From Phycisphaerae bacterium (GTDB lineage Bacteria > Planctomycetota > Phycisphaerae > WQYP01): a stretch of 64,000 nt of DNA. Made by a program: the position numbers and the translations under genes. The notes beneath the pieces are model-generated. The model was not told the DNA's origin, did no database searches, and saw only the letters and a program-made list of their open reading frames with translations. Within the stretch, counting starts at the first letter, position 1, and the number at the start of each line of letters is the position of its first letter. Where the stretch lies: NCBI GenBank assembly GCA_035504095.1, contig DATJSN010000045.1:591-64590 (forward strand), read 5' to 3'. Shown here one piece after another: positions 9,356 through 18,714 of this stretch.

Positions 9356-11404
9356 TTAATTTTCTTCGGCTCCGGAATCATCGGAACTGCCCGGCGGCGG
9401 TGGTGATGCCGGTTCCGGCGACGGCGGTTGTGCGAAACGCTCATCAGCATGGAGGCGAACCTGAATATGAAACTCACGCTGGCCGCCGTCCTGTACCACA
9501 GCACCAGCGTCCACGCTCGTTACAGCCTGATTATAAATAGGATACACATCGCCGCTTTGGTAGGCTGCCAGAAGTTCCATGCGGCTCGCCGGCAGATTTT
9601 CCATAGCCTGCTGCCCCTGTTGAATGCCCTGGACGTTAAGTATCAAACGGGCATAAACGCGATCCTGGCGGTAGGCCAAAAGACGCCTGATGTCTGTCTT
9701 TAAAGATTCAATGTCGGTTGGATTAAAATACTGAGGAAAATAATTGGCTTCCTGTTGTACTGATTCCCCCGCCGATCCCACAACCAGATCATAATCACCA
9801 TCGGGCGTATCCCGGGGAATCACGAGTTTCATATCAACTGGTGTTACCGGCATATCCGTTGCTTTAAGTTGTACCTGTATGTGAACACTGTCGCCCGGCG
9901 CCACTATTGTTCGATCCACCGCCGCTGAAAGTATCTGGGCGCCATGATCAACAGTGCTTTGCTGAATATTCAGATTGACGCTTTGAAGGTCCAGATTATC
10001 AAAAGGATTATTGGTCAGCAGCGACACTGGAAGCAGAGTAGAAGTCGGATCAAAGTCTCCGGTTTGCTTATCCTGGTCCATACCGGTGGATGCCTGCTGG
10101 TTAATCTCATATATCTGGCCGCCGGCCTTGATCTGACCCGTGATGGACAAGGTGTAATTGGTTGTTTTGCTGACCAGCGTGCGACGTGCCGTCATCGAAC
10201 CTAAGATCGCCCCGGCAAGTGCATCCATGGTGGAATTCGGCCCGGGATAAAGTTGATAGTGAAAAACACGATCCTGATCCGGATCAAAATTTTGGACGGT
10301 AATGGTCACGGGAACTGAGGCTCCCGTTTCTCCTAAGGCACCAACGATTCCCGTCGCATTGTCCATAACCAACTGTCCCTGCGGCATAAAACTTGTACCC
10401 ATTTTGAACGATTCATCGTATCCTGGAATAATTGTATAAATATATGTCGTTTCTATCGGTAAATTATTCGGTCCCTGGGCGAAAAATTCGTGACCAAATG
10501 CATAAACATGATCACCGACCACGTCTGTCACCGTGCCGATTGCCGACATATCCACGTCACCTGTGAGAAGGGGAACCGCAATTCCGGAACCGGGCTCCAA
10601 ATGCACCACCGACGGTCTTATCTGGGTCATTCCGCCGAGATATTCGTCGCCGCCCGATGCGGAACCGGCAGCCAGCGGCACCAGACCTTCATCGGCTAAT
10701 GTCCGCTGCAGGTAATGAAGCACTGTCGGGGAAGCCCCACTGACCATCAGCGGAGATGCCAGTGCCATCAATCCCAGACGCCGTTCATTTTCACTTTGGG
10801 TTTGGGAATCCTGGTTATTCATTCCCGAATTGCACTTAAATACATTAGCAACCAGGTTCGACCAGCCTGAAAGTTGTGCAGTCATGGCCGTCCATTCCAC
10901 TTGAGATGGGCTTTGCGCCGCTAAATTCGCCGGCGCAGCAGGATTGGGCAACGGAATACCGAGCATCTGGCGTATCGGCTGAACACCCGCAATGGGATCC
11001 TTGGAAAAACCCCAACCGTAGGCAATTGCTCCAATCAATTTGCCATCAATGTAACATGGTGATCCACTCATGCCGGCGATAATCCCCGAATGTTCGAGGC
11101 CCAGACCGCTGCAGCGCACCAGAATGACATTCATGTCCGGTTGAAAATTTTTGATTACATCAATCACCTTGAATTCAAATTTGTCTATTGTCACCCCGTG
11201 CATCACGGTTAAACCGTAACCGGTCATTCCCGGAAAAATGTCATTTTCAAACAGGCATTGATTCGCCGCCTGAGTTAAAGCCGTTGATTGAGCGGCGGGC
11301 AAAGTCTGGCCGAATACCGATGGCTGGCAAAAAACGAGCGCCCCCGCCAAAGCCGCCGTCATGTTCAAAACATACCGTTTAATATCGCGTTGCGCCATTT
11401 TCAT
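9356..11404 (-). CDS. Secreted putative serine peptidase (trypsin-fold, S55/SpoIVB-like GxSGSP motif). The track ORF extends to 11530; the preferred start is the ATG at 11404, giving an N-terminal signal peptide.
   Basis: GMSGSPCYIDGKLIGAIAYGW resembles the catalytic-serine motif of trypsin-fold peptidases. MKMAQRDIKRYVLNMTAALAGALVF reads as a signal peptide. Confidence 0.7.
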   Translation of the reverse strand: MKMAQRDIKRYVLNMTAALAGALVFCQPSVFGQTLPAAQSTALTQAANQCLFENDIFPGMTGYGLTVMHGVTIDKFEFKVIDVIKNFQPDMNVILVRCSGLGLEHSGIIAGMSGSPCYIDGKLIGAIAYGWGFSKDPIAGVQPIRQMLGIPLPNPAAPANLAAQSPSQVEWTAMTAQLSGWSNLVANVFKCNSGMNNQDSQTQSENERRLGLMALASPLMVSGASPTVLHYLQRTLADEGLVPLAAGSASGGDEYLGGMTQIRPSVVHLEPGSGIAVPLLTGDVDMSAIGTVTDVVGDHVYAFGHEFFAQGPNNLPIETTYIYTIIPGYDESFKMGTSFMPQGQLVMDNATGIVGALGETGASVPVTITVQNFDPDQDRVFHYQLYPGPNSTMDALAGAILGSMTARRTLVSKTTNYTLSITGQIKAGGQIYEINQQASTGMDQDKQTGDFDPTSTLLPVSLLTNNPFDNLDLQSVNLNIQQSTVDHGAQILSAAVDRTIVAPGDSVHIQVQLKATDMPVTPVDMKLVIPRDTPDGDYDLVVGSAGESVQQEANYFPQYFNPTDIESLKTDIRRLLAYRQDRVYARLILNVQGIQQGQQAMENLPASRMELLAAYQSGDVYPIYNQAVTSVDAGAVVQDGGQREFHIQVRLHADERFAQPPSPEPASPPPPGSSDDSGAEEN

Positions 11405-11563
11405 AGAACCTAATACGATTGCCCGCACATCAGAGTTTATAGTCAAATCGCTCAACCTCAAACGATCCGGTACTATGCTCTGTGGGCAATTGGTTGTAAA
11501 GTATAACGCCATGGCCGGCTGTTGACTCAAAGGCGGTTTTCACAGCAAAAAGTTCTTTAACTT

Positions 11564-12871
11564 TTGAGCATCCAAATTGACATGAATAAGAACGTTCTGG
11601 TGACAGATTCACCTGATCAGGCTGATAAACTCGCGTCCGTTTCCGGATCTTTAACAAATTTTCCCAAAATAAGCTTTGCCGCGATTATTCCCGTCTATAA
11701 CCATTCCGAGAGTGTGGGCGCCGTTATCAGAAATGTACTGCACCGCTTCCCGTTTCTGCCCATCTTTGTTATCGACGATGGCAGCACCGACGGCACGGGT
11801 CTTATTCTGGATAAACTTGCACAAGAAATAAATGACCTTACGGCATCCGATCATCCCCATATTCGTGTGATCCATCATTCAACCAACCAGGGCAAAGGAG
11901 CCGCACTTCTTACCGGTTTTCAGACCGCGACTGAGGCTACTCATGCGGTAACAATCGACGCCGATGGCCAGCATTGCATTAATGACGTTTTTCGATTGCT
12001 CGAAATCGCGCGCATGTTCCCCGATGACCTGATCATCGGCGACCGGCAAATGGATTCCTGTGATGTTCCTGTCGCTTCCCGGCGTGGTCGGGACATATCT
12101 CGATTTTGGCTGTGGGCGCAAACCGGACAGGACGTTCCAGACAGCCAGTGTGGTTTGAGGGTTTATCCTATTGCTCAGACACTACAGTTGAAACATATTT
12201 TTCAACGCTATGATTTTGAAACAGAAACGCTTATTCGTCATGCCTGGTCTGGTTTGCGTATTCGCTCTGTTCCTGTCACGTGCATTTATTTTCCCCACGC
12301 GGAGCGCATATCGCACTTTCGTCCTTTTCGCGATACGGTGCGGGGCGTCCGGATCAACGTCATACTGACCACATGGCAAATCATTTATCCCCTTGGCCAC
12401 AAACGTCATCAATCACTTTTTTTTCCTTCGCCGCCCGGCAAGTCATATAATTTCCGCCAAACACTTGGAAAATTATTTCTCTCTGATCTTCGCGATTCTC
12501 AGATTTCAGCCGCCGTTGGCGTAGGGATATTAATTGGTTTTATTCCGGTGTACGGTTTTCAGACGCTTCTTGCGTTCTATGTAGCGCGGAAAATTCATTT
12601 AAATACTCTTATTACCATGCTTTTCGCACAAATTTCCACCCCGCCGCTGATGATGTTCAGCGTTGCCCTGAGCATTAACATGGGTGAACTGCTTGTGCAT
12701 GGCCGACTTTCAGATGCGCCTTTTGGCACATTAAATTCCTGGCACTGGGCATTCTATAACTATGGTTTTTCTTTAATTATCGGCGGATTGATTTGCGGCA
12801 TCCTCGCCGGCGCGACAGCGTTACTATTGACGCGCACTTTGATCAAGGTTATTCGAAATTTATCTACATAA
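11564..12871 (+). CDS. Glycosyltransferase family 2 fused to a C-terminal DUF2062-type membrane domain
   Basis: N-terminal GT2 signature (IIPVYNHSESV...VIDDGSTDGT; DxD region TIDADGQH). The C-terminal ~150 aa is polytopic membrane (DUF2062-like). Confidence 0.85.
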   Translation: MSIQIDMNKNVLVTDSPDQADKLASVSGSLTNFPKISFAAIIPVYNHSESVGAVIRNVLHRFPFLPIFVIDDGSTDGTGLILDKLAQEINDLTASDHPHIRVIHHSTNQGKGAALLTGFQTATEATHAVTIDADGQHCINDVFRLLEIARMFPDDLIIGDRQMDSCDVPVASRRGRDISRFWLWAQTGQDVPDSQCGLRVYPIAQTLQLKHIFQRYDFETETLIRHAWSGLRIRSVPVTCIYFPHAERISHFRPFRDTVRGVRINVILTTWQIIYPLGHKRHQSLFFPSPPGKSYNFRQTLGKLFLSDLRDSQISAAVGVGILIGFIPVYGFQTLLAFYVARKIHLNTLITMLFAQISTPPLMMFSVALSINMGELLVHGRLSDAPFGTLNSWHWAFYNYGFSLIIGGLICGILAGATALLLTRTLIKVIRNLST

Positions 12872-12879
12872 ATTACGGC

Positions 12880-13671
12880 TTAGCAGTAAACATGGAAATT
12901 CAGTGCTTCTTGGAGTGAAATGCAGCGCAATCCCCGATCTTTCATGGTTTTGAGTATCTCAGGGAGCGCATTTACTGTCTGCGCTTGTGAGCAATGCGAA
13001 CGGGAAGGTTCCAACCCGTCGTGCATGGTTACAATATCGCCGCCGCGGGCGTTTTCCCCAATGTGTTTCACAACTGATTCAAATCCTACGTTCATGGTAT
13101 CCCACGCCCGCAATCGCCAGGCGACGTACTTCGCCCCATTGATTGCCACGGCTTTAGCTTGATGTGGTGTTTTAAACCCCATTGGGGCACGGAATAACAT
13201 TGGCCGAACACCTGCGGCTTCTTCAATTGCCGCGCTGGTTTTTTCCACCTGACCGACCCAGTAAGCCAGCGAACCCATAATGCCATGGTGATGATGATCC
13301 CATGTGTGATTGCCGATGGTGTGCCCTTCATCAACCATTCGTCTGAGCAATTTCTTATTCGCTTCCACATGCCGTCCGATTACAAAAAAGCTGGCATGCG
13401 ATTTATGATCTGCCAGAATATCCAATATCTGACTGGTAAATGGTTCTGTCGGCCCGTCGTCGAAGCTAAATGCTATAGCATCATTCTGATCGATGGTCCG
13501 TATGACCGGCGCAAAAAAACCGCTGCCGGAATAAAAAACCGACCATCCAATCCGCGCTGCCAGACCAAACCCAACAACAGAAGCCGCGGCTGCTGTGGCG
13601 CCGATTGGATATTGCTCGATAAAACTCTGAATACCGTCCATGCACCGTTGGTTTGAAAACACAGATTCCAA
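12880..13671 (-). CDS. Polysaccharide deacetylase (NodB homology domain) with N-terminal TM
   Basis: FSFDDGP, HTWDHH and FRAPMG motifs typical of carbohydrate esterase family 4. Confidence 0.85.
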   Translation of the reverse strand: MESVFSNQRCMDGIQSFIEQYPIGATAAAASVVGFGLAARIGWSVFYSGSGFFAPVIRTIDQNDAIAFSFDDGPTEPFTSQILDILADHKSHASFFVIGRHVEANKKLLRRMVDEGHTIGNHTWDHHHHGIMGSLAYWVGQVEKTSAAIEEAAGVRPMLFRAPMGFKTPHQAKAVAINGAKYVAWRLRAWDTMNVGFESVVKHIGENARGGDIVTMHDGLEPSRSHCSQAQTVNALPEILKTMKDRGLRCISLQEALNFHVYC

Positions 13672-13676
13672 TGAAC

Positions 13677-14603
13677 CTATAATGTCCCTGTTGCGTGGTA
13701 AGCCAAAATGCCTTGCGCCAGGTTGTATTTTGGCTCATAGCCAAGAACTTCGACGGCCCGCTTGATGTCTGCTTCTGTATGAGTCTGGAAAAACGAATAC
13801 GGATTCTCAAAATAATCAGGTTCAAGTGATGTCTTTAACACATTATTCAGCGTTGCAATCACTGTATTAAATGATTCCGCCCGTCCGCTGCCCACATTAA
13901 AGATATGACAACATTTGGCGTTGGTTGCCACGTGCACGGCCAGGAGATTAGCCTGCATAATATCATCAATCCATACAAAATCGCGTTTCTGACTTCCATC
14001 ACGAAAAATTCGCGGTCTTTTACCCGCCTTCATTTGTTGCGCCAATTGATGGATCATCGATGCAAATTTTCCTTTATGCGCTTCGCCCGGTCCATAGACA
14101 TTAAAATACCTAAGGCCAATGATCGAATTGGCCGTTTCCCGGTGCCAGCGATGTGCCATGCGTTCCATTACCAGTTTAGAATAGCCGTATACATTCAGTG
14201 GAATTACCGGTGAGTCTTCCGCCATGGGCGGATTGATATTTCCATATACCGCCGCTGATGATGCCCAGACGACGCGCGCCTTCCAGTGCTCCGCCCATGC
14301 CAACACGTTGCGGAACCGCTCCACGTTATTCGTCATCATTTTGTTTTCATCAGTAACTGTTGTATCGGTGATGGAGGCCTGATGAAAGATGATTTCGTAA
14401 CGGCCGGGCGGCTGTGTGTCTCCATTGGATGTGATGATTTCACCCGGAAATCCGACCAGGTTGGTAAAAGTGCCTGATGAAAAATTATCCAGAATTGTAG
14501 TATCATACCCCTCGTCAACCAGGTACTTGGCTAAATTCGATCCGATAAATCCTGCGCCGCCCGTAATCAGCGCCTTCTTTCCGCCCATGTTTATCCCGTC
14601 CAA
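13677..14603 (-). CDS. hldD: ADP-L-glycero-D-manno-heptose 6-epimerase
   Basis: GGAGFIGSN Rossmann motif. PLNVYGYSK, RYFNVYGP, HKGKFAS and GSGRAESF blocks match HldD/RfaD closely. Confidence 0.88.
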   Translation of the reverse strand: MDGINMGGKKALITGGAGFIGSNLAKYLVDEGYDTTILDNFSSGTFTNLVGFPGEIITSNGDTQPPGRYEIIFHQASITDTTVTDENKMMTNNVERFRNVLAWAEHWKARVVWASSAAVYGNINPPMAEDSPVIPLNVYGYSKLVMERMAHRWHRETANSIIGLRYFNVYGPGEAHKGKFASMIHQLAQQMKAGKRPRIFRDGSQKRDFVWIDDIMQANLLAVHVATNAKCCHIFNVGSGRAESFNTVIATLNNVLKTSLEPDYFENPYSFFQTHTEADIKRAVEVLGYEPKYNLAQGILAYHATGTL

Positions 14604-14627
14604 AGTCAGCGCCCTTCGTGATTTTCA

Positions 14628-15842
14628 TCAGGCGGGCTGCTGTTGCGTCATACAGTGTAATGTACCTAACCCCCAAACCAAATCGCGACAATATATGGGT
14701 ATGATTTTACGCCTTTTAAAACAATCTTCCAGTACATTTAGTGCCTTGGCATCTGCGGGATCATTAAATACCGGAACTAATACGCCTGCATTGCAGATAT
14801 AAAAATTAGCATAACTCGCCGGTAATCTCTGGCCGGCAAAGATCACCGGCGCCGGCATCGGAAGTTCTATAATCTCCAGCGCCCTGCCGTTCTGATCGCT
14901 CATACGCTTAAGGCGCCGATAATTCTCCTCAAGCCGCCGATGATTGGCGTCGCGCTTATTGTGTTCCCGGCAAATGGCAATGGTTCTCGTCCCAACAAAT
15001 CGCGCCGTATCGTCAATATGCCCATGCGTGTCATCGCCGGCGATTCCTTTGACCAGCCAGAGTATTTTTTTAACTCCCAAGTATTCACAGAGCGTTTTTT
15101 CGATTTGATTTTTCGCCACTCCCGGGTTGCGCTGTTGCACACGTGAAAGCAGGCATTCTTCAGTTGTCATCAGACACCCGGCCCCGTTTACATCGATGCT
15201 TCCACCTTCCAGCACCATTCGTTTGAGCCTGCCATGTCGGTCTGGAACGTGCGGTTCCCGGTAAGGAACGTCTAAAAATTCTGCAACATAGCGCGGCAAC
15301 TTTTCATCCCGGTGATAATCTGAATATTTCGCCCAGGCATTAAACTGCCACCCTACTATTCCTATATTTGCCCGGGATAAAGAATCGTTTTTAATGAAAT
15401 GTGGTCCCGAATCTCTCGTCCATATGCGATCTGTTGGTAAAACATGAAACTGCACTTTGGATAAATTAACTTGCGACTTTTCCAAAATTATTTTTGCTTC
15501 TCTTTTTTCTTTATTATTTTGAACCAATAAATGGACCATCTCTGCTGAAGAAATGTGCCGAATAATTTCCGCGATAATCCAGGGAATAGGTCCGAACTTT
15601 CCCGGCCAGTCTTCTTGGTTATGCGGCCAGGCCAGCCAGGTGGCTTCATGAGGTTCCCACTCTGCCGGCATGCGATAACCCATACTTGCAGGCGTAGCAG
15701 CGGCAATTTTAACTCTACTCACGGTAATCCTTCTTTTATCTTTTATTGTGGGACAGGCTTCCAGCCTGTTCTCCGTGATTTCTATGACAAAGGAACTGAG
15801 ATTTTTATGAAAAACGCTCGAGCAATGGCCCATAAGCATCAA
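14628..15842 (-). CDS. aguA: Agmatine deiminase. The probable true start is the internal ATG at 15683 (MGYRMPAEWEPH...); the long ORF overlaps aguB by 38 nt.
   Basis: MPAEWEPHEATWLAWPHN, the N-terminal hallmark of the agmatine deiminase / PAD-porphyromonas family. Catalytic Cys near the C-terminus (TLHCMTQQ). Confidence 0.9.
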   Translation of the reverse strand: MMLMGHCSSVFHKNLSSFVIEITENRLEACPTIKDKRRITVSRVKIAAATPASMGYRMPAEWEPHEATWLAWPHNQEDWPGKFGPIPWIIAEIIRHISSAEMVHLLVQNNKEKREAKIILEKSQVNLSKVQFHVLPTDRIWTRDSGPHFIKNDSLSRANIGIVGWQFNAWAKYSDYHRDEKLPRYVAEFLDVPYREPHVPDRHGRLKRMVLEGGSIDVNGAGCLMTTEECLLSRVQQRNPGVAKNQIEKTLCEYLGVKKILWLVKGIAGDDTHGHIDDTARFVGTRTIAICREHNKRDANHRRLEENYRRLKRMSDQNGRALEIIELPMPAPVIFAGQRLPASYANFYICNAGVLVPVFNDPADAKALNVLEDCFKRRKIIPIYCRDLVWGLGTLHCMTQQQPA

Positions 15843-16686
15843 TTCGGCGATCGCGGAAGAAAGGCCAGTTGCGCCGCACTGTTTCCTGCAATTTTGGATC
15901 TACCGTCGCTGTTAGAATTTCCTCTTTGTCAGTGGAACCACGCGCCAACCACCGCCCGAACGGATCGCAGATGAATGAACTACCGAAAAATTCCAGTCCC
16001 CCGTCAGCCGGCCCTTCATGGCCAACCCGGTTTGGTGACGCCACATAAATGCCATTGGCGATTGCGTGCGAACGCTGAATGGTCTGCCAGGCATCCACCT
16101 GGGCTTGCCCAAATTCAGCTTTTTCACTCGGGTGCCATCCAATTGCGGTGGGATAAAAAAGCACGCTCACATTTTTCATAGCCGTAAGCCGCGCCGCTTC
16201 CGGAAACCATTGATCCCAGCAAACCAGCACACCGATGCGACCATAACGGGTCGCAAATGACTTAAATCCCATGTCGCCCGGTGTGAAATAATATTTTTCG
16301 TAATAAAGCGGATCATCCGGAATGTGCATTTTGCGATAAAGACCCAATAGCGTTCCATCCGCATCGATGACCGCGGCAGTATTGTGGTACACCCCCGCCG
16401 TCCGGCGTTCAAAAAGTGAAATAACCAGAACTGTGTTCAATTCCTTGGCCAACTTGCCAAACAATTCAGTGCTCGGGCCTGGAATAGATTCAGCCAGATC
16501 GAACGTATCCGTCGATTCTTTCTGGCAAAAATATTCCGAACAGAACAATTCCTGTGTAGAGATCACTTGTGCGCCCTGTTTGGCTGCATTGCGAATTAAG
16601 CCGGCGGCTTTCTCTCTATTTTCCGAGGGCTTGGCGGAACATTTCATCTGAATAATGCCGATCTTAAACTCTGGCGGAGTTTCCAT
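15805..16686 (-). CDS. aguB: N-carbamoylputrescine amidase (carbon-nitrogen hydrolase)
   Basis: 293 aa nitrilase-superfamily protein with the catalytic E-K-C triad context. It is adjacent to aguA, the classic agmatine-to-putrescine pair. Confidence 0.88.
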   Translation of the reverse strand: METPPEFKIGIIQMKCSAKPSENREKAAGLIRNAAKQGAQVISTQELFCSEYFCQKESTDTFDLAESIPGPSTELFGKLAKELNTVLVISLFERRTAGVYHNTAAVIDADGTLLGLYRKMHIPDDPLYYEKYYFTPGDMGFKSFATRYGRIGVLVCWDQWFPEAARLTAMKNVSVLFYPTAIGWHPSEKAEFGQAQVDAWQTIQRSHAIANGIYVASPNRVGHEGPADGGLEFFGSSFICDPFGRWLARGSTDKEEILTATVDPKLQETVRRNWPFFRDRRIDAYGPLLERFS

Positions 16687-16782
16687 TTATTTCTCCAAAT
16701 CGCGCCGGAACCTCCGGCACGGAAGAAATTATACTCTTGTAGTATCTATTTCTAAATCTGTCTGTAATCTTAGTGGCTAAAA

Positions 16783-17793
16783 TTAGAACTGTTCGAGGAA
16801 CCGCACATCGTTTTCAAAAAACGCCCGGATGTCGTCAATGCCATGCTTGCGCATGGCGATGCGTTCGATCCCCAGGCCGAATGCAAACCCGGTGTATATT
16901 TCTGAATCAATGTGCAGCATCTCCAGAACGTTCGGGTCCACCATGCCGCAACCGCCCAGTTCAATCCACCGCGATGATCCATCGGGGTAGTGAAATAAAA
17001 TGTCGACTTCGGCACTGGGCTCGGTGAAGGGGAAAAAGCTGGGCCGAAAACGCGTTTTAACTTCCGGCCCGAAAAATCCCCGCGCGAATTGATTGATGCA
17101 CGTTTTCAGATCGACCATCGTCACGTTTTTATCCACTACCAGCCCTTCAAGCTGGTAAAACATGAATGAGTGCGTAGCGTCCACCGTATCCGGCCGATAA
17201 ACGCGACCGGGTGCTACGATTCGCACCGGAGGCTTTTGGCTCTCGAGCACCCGAATTTGCACGCTGCTGGTTTGGGAGCGCAGCATATAGGGCGCCGCCT
17301 TCGCCGCGCGCTGCAGATAAAAATTATCCAATGGATCACGTGCCGGATGCTGTTTCGGCACATTGAGCGCTTCAAAATTATGAAATTCGTCCTCAAGTTC
17401 GGGGCCGTCGGCGACGGCAAAACCCATCCGCGCAAATAACTCCGTCAGTGCATCGATCGTTTGCGTGATCGGGTGCAACGTCCCTAGATGGTAAGAATCA
17501 AAAGATATTTTGCCCGGTTCGGTTACGTCGATATGTAATTGTACATCCGCGGCCTGCGCATCAATGCGCGATTTGGCCTGGTCAAATCCAGCCTGTACAG
17601 CGTCTTTAACTTCGTTAAGTTTCTGGCCGAATTGGCGTTTCTGGTCCGCAGCGATCGTACGCAACTGTTCTGCGGCTTGTTTGAGCAAACCCTTGGTACC
17701 AAGGTATTTGATGCGGAATGCTTCGACCTGCTCTTTGGACGCCAGAGAGGCCAGTTCCGTTTTGGCAGCGGCAAGCAGGTCATCCAGATTCAT
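16783..17793 (-). CDS. pheS: Phenylalanine--tRNA ligase alpha subunit
   Basis: FRPSFFPFTEPSAEVD and GFAFGLGIERIAM class II aaRS motifs. Confidence 0.95.
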   Translation of the reverse strand: MNLDDLLAAAKTELASLASKEQVEAFRIKYLGTKGLLKQAAEQLRTIAADQKRQFGQKLNEVKDAVQAGFDQAKSRIDAQAADVQLHIDVTEPGKISFDSYHLGTLHPITQTIDALTELFARMGFAVADGPELEDEFHNFEALNVPKQHPARDPLDNFYLQRAAKAAPYMLRSQTSSVQIRVLESQKPPVRIVAPGRVYRPDTVDATHSFMFYQLEGLVVDKNVTMVDLKTCINQFARGFFGPEVKTRFRPSFFPFTEPSAEVDILFHYPDGSSRWIELGGCGMVDPNVLEMLHIDSEIYTGFAFGLGIERIAMRKHGIDDIRAFFENDVRFLEQF

Positions 17794-17830
17794 CGCGGCC
17801 GATCCATTGGCTCAGAAAAATTATGAATTT

Positions 17831-18199
17831 TTATGCAGCTTGTAAGCCAAGCGCTTCACGAACTTTTGCCGCCAAAGCGTCAAACGCCGCCGGATCGGCA
17901 ATGGCGATTTCACTCAAACTCTTGCGGTTCAATGTGATCTTGGCCTTGGCCAGACCCGCAATCAGTTGGCTATAACGCAATCCCCGGCTACTGGCCGCGG
18001 CGGATAATCGCGTGATCCATAATGCCCGGTAGTCGCGTTTCTTTTCCTTGCGTCCACTGAAACGATTCGCCCCGGCCCGCAGCAGCGTCTCGTGGGCAGT
18101 TTTATAAAGTTTGCTGCGTCCACCAACGAACCCCTTGGCTCGCTTGAGAAGCCGTTTGTGCCGTTGTTTTCTGGCAGCGCCGATTCTTACACGTGGCAT
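17831..18199 (-). CDS. rplT: 50S ribosomal protein L20
   Basis: MPRVRIGAARKQRHKRLLKRAKGFVGGRSKLYKTAHE is the canonical L20 N-terminus. Confidence 0.95.
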   Translation of the reverse strand: MPRVRIGAARKQRHKRLLKRAKGFVGGRSKLYKTAHETLLRAGANRFSGRKEKKRDYRALWITRLSAAASSRGLRYSQLIAGLAKAKITLNRKSLSEIAIADPAAFDALAAKVREALGLQAA

Positions 18200-18235
18200 A
18201 TGAAAATCCTCTTACTCGTTTTTCCGATTGATTGA

Positions 18236-18442
18236 TTACGTCCTGGCGCCCGGGCCAAGCAATGTAATCATTTTATCCGCGAACGGCCCGGTCAGAGCCG
18301 TAGTGCCGCGCAGGCGGCGACGGCGATTTCCGGACTTGTTACTCTGTAAATGTCCCTTATTATGTTTATGAAACTTTACCTTACCGCGAGCGGTTACTTT
18401 AACCCGTTTTTTAAGCCCTTTATGCGTTTTCATCTTTGGCAC
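18236..18442 (-). CDS. rpmI: 50S ribosomal protein L35, GTG start. The track ORF 18236..18586 is an upstream over-extension.
   Basis: (M)PKMKTHKGLKKRVKVTARGKVKFHKHNKGHL is a canonical L35. The reverse complement of 18431-18442 is GTG CCA AAG ATG. Confidence 0.85.
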   Translation of the reverse strand: MPKMKTHKGLKKRVKVTARGKVKFHKHNKGHLQSNKSGNRRRRLRGTTALTGPFADKMITLLGPGART

Positions 18443-18714
18443 AACAGTATCTCCATTTCGCCCAATTCGAGTTTGTTCCGTCCGCCGTCCGCGGTTTGAA
18501 TCAGGTAATTTAACCGAAGAATTCCTAAAATAAAAGTTAAGTCCATGTCGAGCCGGTTCAAGCTGGTGGTTCCGCACCTGCGCCATGTAAAACCGCAGTC
18601 TGATGTTAGCGGATGCCTATGTATACGAAATCTATATATCCGGATTAAGTCAGAAATGGAGGCTGGACCGGATCAAGATAGAGCCATAGGGTCACCATAT
18701 CAATTTATCTGTTA

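Noticed and set aside
18236-18586. The long 116-aa ORF as the L35 gene
   Set aside because: Only the C-terminal 68 aa match L35. A GTG start at 18442 gives the canonical MPKMKTHKG N-terminus.
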